Source: a virus. From it: a DNA stretch of 64,000 nucleotides. The notes under the pieces are model-generated. The model was not told where the DNA came from. It worked only from the letters and a program-made list of their open reading frames with translations, and made no database searches. Where the stretch lies: the IMG/VR virus record IMGVR_UViG_3300008261_000005; one strand, written 5' to 3'. The position numbers and the translations under genes were made by a program. Shown here piece by piece: positions 56,823 through 64,000 of the stretch; the first letter of the stretch is position 1; each line of letters begins with the position of its first letter.

Positions 56823-57037
56823 CAACAGCTAAAGACTTAACTGATCAATTAATTTTCCGTGCAAAGAATTTACAAGAATTTATTGTAGAGAGAGAATTCG
56901 ATCACATACCAGCAGGTGTGGTTAAATTTGATATACAACATACAGTTGGACATCCAGCACGTATTTTTGTTCCGGCGTTAACGCAAGACGAAGCAGAAAC
57001 AATGGTTGACGAATGGTTTGAGGAAGATGTAGAATGA
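56819..57037 (+). CDS. Hypothetical protein
   Basis: ATGA coupling. Confidence 0.55.
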   Translation: MTTAKDLTDQLIFRAKNLQEFIVEREFDHIPAGVVKFDIQHTVGHPARIFVPALTQDEAETMVDEWFEEDVE

Positions 57038-57366
57038 AATGGTTTGATAAATGGTTATATACCAAAGTTCGAGACATGTGGGAAAATAGAGACCACTACG
57101 ATCAAATAAATTCAACAGTATGGTTACAGGATAAACATAAAATGGCAATTGGTATGGGAACAGCAATGGTAGAACGTGGCCGTGCAGAAGGCGAAGGTCG
57201 CATTACATTTGAACTAAGCAATGCAGTTGGTGGTAAGATTCTCAATGTTCGACATTATGATGACCGTAAGGATCGACACGATCAACAAACTTATGTTATT
57301 CCCACTGGTGAAAATGTCGGTGAGCGTGTTGCTAAAATTATTAATTTAGAGATGTTCAAACAATGA
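57034..57366 (+). CDS. Hypothetical protein
   Basis: ATGA coupling. Confidence 0.6.
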   Translation: MKWFDKWLYTKVRDMWENRDHYDQINSTVWLQDKHKMAIGMGTAMVERGRAEGEGRITFELSNAVGGKILNVRHYDDRKDRHDQQTYVIPTGENVGERVAKIINLEMFKQ

Positions 57367-57752
57367 AAGCCCAAACTCCAGCAGAAGGTATTTTGAAGCA
57401 AAACGATTGGGGCGATTCAAAAGTTTATCGAGTTGCTTGCGAATGTTCTAATACAGATTGTGATCACAATGTCTGGGTAGAGTCTGATGATACAGGTATT
57501 TCTGTTAACATCTATGTTACTACTAGAACAAACTTTTGGTCAAAGTCACGCTGGACACATATTTGGACATTACTTACCAAAGGGTATATTGATACCGAAT
57601 CGACTATTTGTTTGAAAGAGCAACAAACAATTAATTATGCTCAAACTCTTGTAACTGCATCAGCAGACGTTAAAGAGTTTCGTAATACTAGACAAAATAA
57701 AGAAGAACGTGCTATAATAACAAAAATGGCAAAAGAACAGGATTGTGTATGA
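57363..57752 (+). CDS. Hypothetical protein with CxC...C.H motif
   Basis: 'VACECSNTDCDH'. Confidence 0.55.
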   Translation: MKAQTPAEGILKQNDWGDSKVYRVACECSNTDCDHNVWVESDDTGISVNIYVTTRTNFWSKSRWTHIWTLLTKGYIDTESTICLKEQQTINYAQTLVTASADVKEFRNTRQNKEERAIITKMAKEQDCV

Positions 57753-58615
57753 GTAAAATTAAAATAGCGGAACTGTTTTACAGTATCCAAGGTGAAGGAC
57801 GCTACATGGGTGTCCCGTCTGTGTTTCTGCGTACATTTGGGTGTAACTTTAAATGCGCAGGCTTTGGCATGCCACGTGGTGAAGTCAGTCACGAAGCTAC
57901 TGACATTGCGGCAACACACAAAATGATTGAGTCTTTTCAAAAGTATGAAGACTTGCCGCTTGTAAGCACAGGTTGTGACAGCTATGCATCATGGATGCCA
58001 GAGTTTAAAGATCTAAGTCCAATGTTAGAAAGTAACGCTATTGTAAATCGTATTATGGAGATACTTCCGCACAAGCGTTGGGAAGATGAGCATCTAGTTA
58101 TTACAGGCGGAGAGCCGTTGTTAGGTTGGCAACGTGCTTATCCAGATTTGTTAGATCATCCTAGTATGTGGCGTCTTAGAGAAATTACTTTTGAAACAAA
58201 CGGTACTCAAAAATTAACTCCAGAATTTGCTTCATATTTGCATACTTGGAAAAGTCATCATGATCAAGATTTTTGGCGTGAGATTACATTTAGTGTAAGT
58301 GCTAAACTTCCTTGTAGTGGCGAGAAGTGGGAAGAAGCAATCTGTCCTGAGATTGTATGTGAGTACGAAGAGTATGGTACAGCATATTTAAAATTTGTTA
58401 TTGCTACAGAACAAGACTTTGCCGATGCAGAACGTGCTACTGAAGAATATCGTAAAGCAGGTTTCACTGGACATGTTTATCTAATGCCAGTTGGCGGTGT
58501 AGAAAGTGTGTATGCATTAAACAATCGTAAGGTGGCCGATCTTGCTATGAAACGTGGATGGCGTTATAGTGACAGATTACAAGTGCCACTATTTAAAAAT
58601 GAGTGGGGTACCTAA
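57749..58615 (+). CDS. queE: 7-carboxy-7-deazaguanine synthase (radical SAM)
   Basis: 'ELFYSIQGEG', 'FLRTFGCNFKC...GCDS', 'ITGGEPLL', 'ETNGT', 'SDRLQVPLF'. Confidence 0.9.
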   Translation: MSKIKIAELFYSIQGEGRYMGVPSVFLRTFGCNFKCAGFGMPRGEVSHEATDIAATHKMIESFQKYEDLPLVSTGCDSYASWMPEFKDLSPMLESNAIVNRIMEILPHKRWEDEHLVITGGEPLLGWQRAYPDLLDHPSMWRLREITFETNGTQKLTPEFASYLHTWKSHHDQDFWREITFSVSAKLPCSGEKWEEAICPEIVCEYEEYGTAYLKFVIATEQDFADAERATEEYRKAGFTGHVYLMPVGGVESVYALNNRKVADLAMKRGWRYSDRLQVPLFKNEWGT

Positions 58616-59163
58616 TGGCAAAATTACTAGTACTCGGATGTGGTAAGAAAGAACGTCCAGGAAATCCTGGAGATACTATTGTTACTGTAGACATTAACGA
58701 AAATGTTGGTGCTGATGTAGTACACAACTTAGATGTATTTCCATGGCCGTTTGAGAGTGGTGAGTTTGATGTTGTACATTTAGACAATGTATTAGAACAT
58801 TTAAACAACATTGTTAAAACAATGGAAGAAATTCATCGCATAACCAAACCAGGTGCTACTGTTACTATTATTGTGCCGTATTTCCGCAGTAAATGGGCCT
58901 GCGTTGATCCAACACATGTTCACTTTTTTACAGTAGATACATTGAGCTATTTTGTAAAAGGACATACATATCATGAAAGATATGCATATAGTCCTTGTAA
59001 ATTTAAAATGCATCGCAAAACATTTAACGAAGGAATTGATCAAACTTGGTTCCAAAAATTGTTAATACCATTTGCTGAATCAAATTTAGAATTTTACGAG
59101 AATAAAATTAGTCCAATATTCCCGTTAGAAACATTAACATATCATATGGAAACGATAAAATGA
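58615..59163 (+). CDS. Class I SAM-dependent methyltransferase
   Basis: 'LVLGCG', 'VDIN', 'PWPFESGEFDVV...VLEHL...MEEIHRITKPG'; TAATG-coupled to queE. Confidence 0.85.
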   Translation: MAKLLVLGCGKKERPGNPGDTIVTVDINENVGADVVHNLDVFPWPFESGEFDVVHLDNVLEHLNNIVKTMEEIHRITKPGATVTIIVPYFRSKWACVDPTHVHFFTVDTLSYFVKGHTYHERYAYSPCKFKMHRKTFNEGIDQTWFQKLLIPFAESNLEFYENKISPIFPLETLTYHMETIK

Positions 59164-59612
59164 TTAAAGACTTTATAAAGAAAATTACTGGAATTAAAGC
59201 AATTGAAGATGCAACAGCAATGGCAAAAGCTGAGGCGGCAGTTGCTCAAAAGTTAACAGAACAAAAATTAAAAGAAGCCGCAGACGCAGAAGCCAAAGCA
59301 GAGCTTGCCAAATTGACTCCAAAAGAACGTGCTACACGTAAAGGCGAACCTTGGGTTTCCGTTTTGGATACTCATGTAAACAAAGATAATGTAAGAAACG
59401 GCTTTTTTGAGCTTGACTGGAACGCTGCTTTTGTAGTACAATTAAAGCAAGAAGGATATGGTTATGACGGTGATCCAGATGAAGAAATTGTGGATCGCTG
59501 GTTTAGAGACTTAGCTCGTAACATATTAAGCGATGAAGGTCAGGATGCTTCTAGAGGTGCTGGCTACATTAACGTAAGTAAACTTGCAGACGGAAAAGCA
59601 GAGGTAAAATGA
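59160..59612 (+). CDS. Conserved hypothetical protein
   Basis: ATGA coupling on both sides. Confidence 0.65.
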   Translation: MIKDFIKKITGIKAIEDATAMAKAEAAVAQKLTEQKLKEAADAEAKAELAKLTPKERATRKGEPWVSVLDTHVNKDNVRNGFFELDWNAAFVVQLKQEGYGYDGDPDEEIVDRWFRDLARNILSDEGQDASRGAGYINVSKLADGKAEVK

Positions 59613-60610
59613 AATATATTTTAGTTGATACAGCAAATACGTTCTTTAGAGCGAGACATGTGATTAATGGAAGTGCTGATATCAAACTAGGTATGGCATT
59701 CCACATTACTCTCAACAGTATTAAAAAGGCTTGGAATGACTTTGGTGGCGATCACGTAGTGTTCTGCCTCGAGGGTCGTAGCTGGCGCAAAGATCATTAT
59801 CCTCCGTACAAACGTAACCGTAGCGAGGCACGTGCCGCACATACTGAAAAAGAAGCTGAAGAAGAAACAGTATTTTGGGAAGCGTTTGATACATTTAAAA
59901 CGTTTATTGCAGAAAAAACAAACTGTACAGTTTTACAACATCAGCAATTAGAAGCAGACGATTTGATTGCTGGCTTCATACAAAGTCATCCAAATGATGA
60001 TCATATTATCATTTCAACAGATACAGATTTCGTACAATTGATTGCACCCAATGTAAAACAATACAACGGTGTAATGGAAACTATTATTACGCACGAAGGC
60101 ATATTTGATGCTAAAGGTAAGCGTGTAGTTGATAAGAAAACACAAGAGCATAAAGAAATTCCAAATCCAGAATGGTTACTATTCCAAAAATGTATTCGTG
60201 GTGACCCCACTGATAATGTGTTTAGTGCGTATCCTAAGGTGCGTGTAAACAAACTACAAGAAGCATACAATGATCGAAAAGACAAGGGCTTCGCGTGGAA
60301 CAATATGATGTTGCAACGTTGGGTTGACCATAATGGCGAAGAACATCGTGTACTAGAAGACTATGAACGAAATCGTGTACTGATCGATTTGTCTGCACAA
60401 CCTAAAGAAATTCGAACAATAATTAACGAAACAATCGACACACAAGCAGTTCCTAAATCTATTGATCAAGTAGGTATTAGACTGCTAAAGTTCTGCAATT
60501 TGTATGATTTGAAGAAAATTACTGACAACATTACACAATATGCAGAACCATTCCAATCACGTTACCCTGAGTCAGCGGTAACATGGCGTAAATTACAACA
60601 GGAGAAATAA
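59609..60610 (+). CDS. rnh: 5'-3' exonuclease / T4 RNase H-like (FEN family)
   Basis: 'ILVDTAN', 'YKRNR', 'LEADDLI', 'STDTDFVQL', 'GDPTDNV'. Confidence 0.9.
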   Translation: MKYILVDTANTFFRARHVINGSADIKLGMAFHITLNSIKKAWNDFGGDHVVFCLEGRSWRKDHYPPYKRNRSEARAAHTEKEAEEETVFWEAFDTFKTFIAEKTNCTVLQHQQLEADDLIAGFIQSHPNDDHIIISTDTDFVQLIAPNVKQYNGVMETIITHEGIFDAKGKRVVDKKTQEHKEIPNPEWLLFQKCIRGDPTDNVFSAYPKVRVNKLQEAYNDRKDKGFAWNNMMLQRWVDHNGEEHRVLEDYERNRVLIDLSAQPKEIRTIINETIDTQAVPKSIDQVGIRLLKFCNLYDLKKITDNITQYAEPFQSRYPESAVTWRKLQQEK

Positions 60611-60611
60611 A

Positions 60612-60803
60612 ATGGCAAAACTAAGCAAACTAGCAAAAGTAAATGAATCAATTACAATCAACCGTTACGACAATGGTTGGATGGTAGAAGTTGGCGGTCG
60701 TGATAATGACAACGAATGGAAAAATTCTAAGATTGTATGCAATACAGAAGAAGAAGTACTTGCTGTAGTTAAAGAGTACAACGCAATGGAATTAGATAAT
60801 TAA
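60612..60803 (+). CDS. Hypothetical protein
   Basis: AGGAG RBS. Confidence 0.65.
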   Translation: MAKLSKLAKVNESITINRYDNGWMVEVGGRDNDNEWKNSKIVCNTEEEVLAVVKEYNAMELDN

Positions 60804-60814
60804 GGAGTTATCAA

Positions 60815-61480
60815 ATGGCTATTTGGAAACTATCTCCACAATATAAAAAATCGGCCGTAGAAAAAATGTTTTTCTACAAAGAAGGTAAGGTCATCACTAT
60901 TGAGCAAGGATATCGCTGGGCTACATTTACTGTAGAATCTGACGAACAACCGCTTACCAATGATGAACTCAAAAACGAAGACGGTTACGAATTAAGCTGT
61001 ATTGATAACGATGAATCGTGGGAAATGTGGGATATGATTGACGGATGCTGGTGCGATATCGAAGATGGTAACGGCAAAGCATCTGAGGAAGATGTTGAAG
61101 AATTTATCACAGCGTGGGAAGAAGATTCTTTTGATGGTGTGGAAAATTTAGGTTGGCAGTGTGACGATACAGAGTACTATTACTATGGTCCATTGGAACT
61201 TACCAATGAAGATACTGGTGAAGTATTTAAAGGTGAGCCTGACGAAGATGCACCAGTTGCAAACGAAACATTAGAAGAAGCATCAGAAGAATTTCATGAA
61301 GAACCCGAAGTTACTGATTGGTTTCCAGTAAGCATTAATCCAGCAAGACAGGGGGCATATCAAGTAACATCAAGCAACATTCCAAATTGGCCGTTTCCAA
61401 GTTATGCACAATGGGACGGCGTTCAATGGAGTGACGAACATGTAGTCTCATGGAGAGGACTTTTAAAGGAGCCTGAATGA
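60815..61480 (+). CDS. Acidic hypothetical protein with C-terminal Trp-rich module
   Basis: AAGGAG RBS. Confidence 0.65.
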   Translation: MAIWKLSPQYKKSAVEKMFFYKEGKVITIEQGYRWATFTVESDEQPLTNDELKNEDGYELSCIDNDESWEMWDMIDGCWCDIEDGNGKASEEDVEEFITAWEEDSFDGVENLGWQCDDTEYYYYGPLELTNEDTGEVFKGEPDEDAPVANETLEEASEEFHEEPEVTDWFPVSINPARQGAYQVTSSNIPNWPFPSYAQWDGVQWSDEHVVSWRGLLKEPE

Positions 61481-61656
61481 TTACTAGAGAAAAACTAGAG
61501 CATCACATTGCACATTTGCAGGAAAAACATGACATCCTTGATGAACAAATTACTAAGTTAGAAGCGCATCATGAAAACGTGACTGATCTTAAAAAAGAAA
61601 AGTTACACCTCAAAGATGAAATTGAGAAATTTAAAGTTAAGGTAAAAATCATATGA
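61477..61656 (+). CDS. DUF465/YdcH-like coiled-coil protein
   Basis: 59 aa 'HLQEKHDILDEQI...LKKEKLHLKDEI'; AAGGAG RBS; below the ORF-track cut-off. Confidence 0.65.
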   Translation: MITREKLEHHIAHLQEKHDILDEQITKLEAHHENVTDLKKEKLHLKDEIEKFKVKVKII

Positions 61657-62126
61657 CAGATCTTCATGCTAAGCCAATCGTAGATGGCAAGCTGTGGGTA
61701 GTTGAACAAGACGGCGAACGTGTTGGGACTCTACATAAAAACGAAAACAACAAATATATGTTGAGTGCTAAAAACGGTGAACTTTACTTTAGTAAAAAAT
61801 CAGAAATTACAAAGAAATTTGGTGATAACTTTTTCTTAAAAGGAATTAAGACAACTGTTTCACATAGTAATGAAAATGAGTGTCACGGTTATCCAACTAA
61901 ATGGAAACCGTACAACTCAATGTATGATGTTAGACGCAAGCTACCCTTGTTTACTAAAAGTAATCAAAGTAAAAGTTTATTTTGTGCTGGTCATTATGTA
62001 ATTAAATTTCCTAAAAATTGGGTACGTAGTTTTTGTCCAAAATTAATTACTATTGAACGTTATGAGTTTTCAGGTCCATACTTAACTGAAGAAGAATCTA
62101 AAGAGGTATTGGCAAATGTCAAATAA
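61653..62126 (+). CDS. Hypothetical protein
   Basis: ATGA coupling. Confidence 0.65.
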   Translation: MTDLHAKPIVDGKLWVVEQDGERVGTLHKNENNKYMLSAKNGELYFSKKSEITKKFGDNFFLKGIKTTVSHSNENECHGYPTKWKPYNSMYDVRRKLPLFTKSNQSKSLFCAGHYVIKFPKNWVRSFCPKLITIERYEFSGPYLTEEESKEVLANVK

Positions 62127-62358
62127 TCCAATTAATACAATACCTTTACAGCAATTCATTCAACAAGTAAAAATGGCTGATATGAGCCAGCAAAAAGAAG
62201 TAAAACTGGACATTAGGACTGCTAAATTGCTAGCATTCACTCTTGGCGAAGTAACTAGTAAGCTAACGCAAGATTATGAAAATCTTTTACACATTTTAAA
62301 GCAATCTACCAACGATACCGTCACTGTTGAGCTTGACGGGGGCGGTTTTAAAGACTAG
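62116..62358 (+). CDS. Hypothetical protein
   Basis: GAGG RBS. Confidence 0.6.
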   Translation: MSNNPINTIPLQQFIQQVKMADMSQQKEVKLDIRTAKLLAFTLGEVTSKLTQDYENLLHILKQSTNDTVTVELDGGGFKD

Positions 62359-62364
62359 TTATAG

Positions 62365-62372
62365 GATAAATA
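62365..62372 (+). promoter_or_regulatory. T4-like late promoter GATAAATA
   Basis: Intergenic, upstream of the ATG at 62399. Confidence 0.5.
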
Positions 62373-62398
62373 TATGCGTATATTTGAGGAACGCATAT

Positions 62399-62683
62399 AT
62401 GAGTCGACCAAAACCAAAGGTACTGTTAGAGCATGTTAATAAGAAAAATTACAAATGTGAACAGGTTTTAGAAGCTGATGCCATCTGGGCTGTCTTCTAT
62501 AAAGGTGCACCTTTTAATTTAAAGAGCTTTAGCAATATTACAAGTTATCCAGGTCCTAAGTACAAGAAAGTTGCATTTAGTAATCCAGGCCATGCTATTA
62601 ATTTGGCAAAAAAATTGAACTTAACTTTTGGATGCAGTGATTTCCAAGTAACAGTTCTAACAACTGGTCAAGTATTGAAATGA
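62399..62683 (+). CDS. Hypothetical protein
   Basis: GAGGA RBS; MSRPKPK start. Confidence 0.65.
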   Translation: MSRPKPKVLLEHVNKKNYKCEQVLEADAIWAVFYKGAPFNLKSFSNITSYPGPKYKKVAFSNPGHAINLAKKLNLTFGCSDFQVTVLTTGQVLK

Positions 62684-63069
62684 TCAATTCACTGGCCTAC
62701 ACTAAGATTTTTTTAAAAGAACAAGAAAAATCCTTAGATGAAGCTAATGTAAAAATACATCACAGAATGTGGTGGCAAAACACTAGAACAAAAGACAAAG
62801 GCGGCTTACGCCTTACTGATGCTGGATACGAACATGTAACATCAGTCTTAGACTTAAAAGAATACGAAATCCCTTTCACTGAGCATGTGGAGCTAAGTCC
62901 ACAAACGATCATATTTTTTGATCAATTTATCGATTGTCCGTACTATCTGACCAATCAGAGTATAACCGTTTTTTCCGAGAAAAAAGCGTTCGAACTAATG
63001 TTGTTTTCGGACGACATCCGCAAGTACGGACTTATAAAAGCCATTAATTCACGAAAAGAATCTGAGTGA
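62680..63069 (+). CDS. Hypothetical protein
   Basis: ATGA coupling. Confidence 0.65.
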   Translation: MINSLAYTKIFLKEQEKSLDEANVKIHHRMWWQNTRTKDKGGLRLTDAGYEHVTSVLDLKEYEIPFTEHVELSPQTIIFFDQFIDCPYYLTNQSITVFSEKKAFELMLFSDDIRKYGLIKAINSRKESE

Positions 63070-63085
63070 TTTAACCAATTTCCTA

Positions 63086-63114
63086 TTGACTTTGTTGTGG
63101 AATTGCCGTATAAT
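63086..63114 (+). promoter_or_regulatory. sigma70 promoter TTGACT-17-TATAAT
   Basis: Upstream of the MoxR-like gene. Confidence 0.8.
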
Positions 63115-63165
63115 ACATACATAGACAGTTAAACAACAACCCTCAACTTAAGATTGGAACATTAA

Positions 63166-64000
63166 ATGAGCGAGATTATTTCACGTACAGTTGGCCCAAA
63201 AGCAGCCAAAAAAGCTATTAGCAAAGGATTTGCAAAACGGCGTCCTTTGTTCCTATGGGGTCCTCCCGGTATTGGTAAATCCGATATTGTCAAGCAACTT
63301 GGCGAAGATATGGACGCTCATGTAATTGACGTTCGTTTGTCACTTTGGGAACCTACTGATATTAAAGGTATTCCATATTTTGATTCAAACGCTAACACAA
63401 TGGTTTGGGCTCCCCCAGGCGAATTGCCTAGCAAAGAGTTTGCTAAAAATCACAAACAAATTATCCTGTTCATGGATGAAATGAACTCTGCTCCGCCAGC
63501 AGTACAAGCGGCAGCTTATCAACTTATTTTGAATCGTAAAGTTGGTACTTACGAACTTCCAGATAACGTTCTCATTGTTGCGGCGGGTAATCGCGAAGCA
63601 GATAAGGGTGTAACTTATCGTATGCCCGCTCCGTTGGCTAATCGCTTCTTGCATTTGGAAATGCGTGTAGACTGGGAAGACTACAGTTTTTGGGCTACAG
63701 AAAATCGTATTCATAAAGACGTTGTTGGCTTTTTGACATTCTCTAAAAAGGACTTGTACGATTTTGATCCAAAAAGTTCAAGTCGTGCATTTGCTACTCC
63801 ACGTAGCTGGACATTTGTAAGCGAATTGCTTGAAGATGACGATACTGATGAAAACACACTGACTGACTTGATCTCTGGAGCAGTTGGTGAAGGCCTTGCT
63901 ATTAAGTTTATGGCGCACCGCAAGGTTGCTAGCAAGATGCCAAATCCAACTGATATTTTGACTGGCAAAGTTAAAAAGATGGATTCAAAAGAGATTTCTG
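63166..64000 (+). CDS. MoxR/AAA_5-like ATPase (3' end outside the window)
   Basis: Translated by hand: 'LWGPPGIGKS', 'DVRLSLWEPTDIKG', 'FMDEMNSAPPAVQAAAYQL', 'AAGNR', 'PLANRF'. Confidence 0.88.
   Translation, partial: MSEIISRTVGPKAAKKAISKGFAKRRPLFLWGPPGIGKSDIVKQLGEDMDAHVIDVRLSLWEPTDIKGIPYFDSNANTMVWAPPGELPSKEFAKNHKQIILFMDEMNSAPPAVQAAAYQLILNRKVGTYELPDNVLIVAAGNREADKGVTYRMPAPLANRFLHLEMRVDWEDYSFWATENRIHKDVVGFLTFSKKDLYDFDPKSSSRAFATPRSWTFVSELLEDDDTDENTLTDLISGAVGEGLAIKFMAHRKVASKMPNPTDILTGKVKKMDSKEIS

Noticed and set aside
1-64000. tRNA/rRNA genes, integrase, transposase, stop-codon reassignment
   Set aside because: Intergenic gaps are short with no cloverleaf or T-loop motifs found by eye; no mobile-element genes; conserved genes are intact under the standard bacterial code

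Overview
This window is a 64 kb slice of a large, AT-rich, T4-like (myovirus-type) jumbo phage genome. The host is probably a Gram-negative bacterium, inferred from the spanin/holin/GH19 lysis genes and a proteobacterial-type 7Fe ferredoxin. All credible genes lie on the + strand except phoH. Order: (1) 1-22.5 kb, tail/baseplate/receptor-binding genes, with a 2OG-Fe(II) oxygenase among them. (2) 22.5-33.5 kb, a truncated DnaE-like protein, GroES, clamp loader, FdxA ferredoxin, dCMP deaminase, PhoH, nested spanins, holin, DnaJ and ClpA. (3) 33.5-42.7 kb, a late-promoter block of proteins with an M-x-[IL]-x-E N-terminal motif, including a PolX-like nucleotidyltransferase, a KxDG ligase-like protein, a HIGH-type nucleotidyltransferase, a GH19 lysin and basic low-complexity proteins. 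(4) 42.8-47.4 kb, DsbA-like protein, family B DNA polymerase with a double-hairpin leader, short UDP-sugar dehydrogenase and sliding clamp. (5) 47.4-59.2 kb, a 7-deazaguanine DNA-modification region (DpdA/TGT-like, QueD-like, FolE, QueE, no QueC in the window) interleaved with two sugar-type oxidoreductases, a GT-B glycosyltransferase, cupin, PRTase, HIT hydrolase and SAM methyltransferase. (6) 59.6-64 kb, RNase H-like nuclease, hypotheticals and a MoxR-like ATPase cut by the window edge. Two promoter classes are visible: sigma70 TTGACN-16/17-TATAAT-like and T4-late-like NNTAAATA. The best candidates for undescribed systems are a sugar-hypermodified 7-deazaguanine pathway and a virion-packaged polymerase/ligase/nucleotidyltransferase repair trio. 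All calls come from motif recognition by eye; no searches were run.
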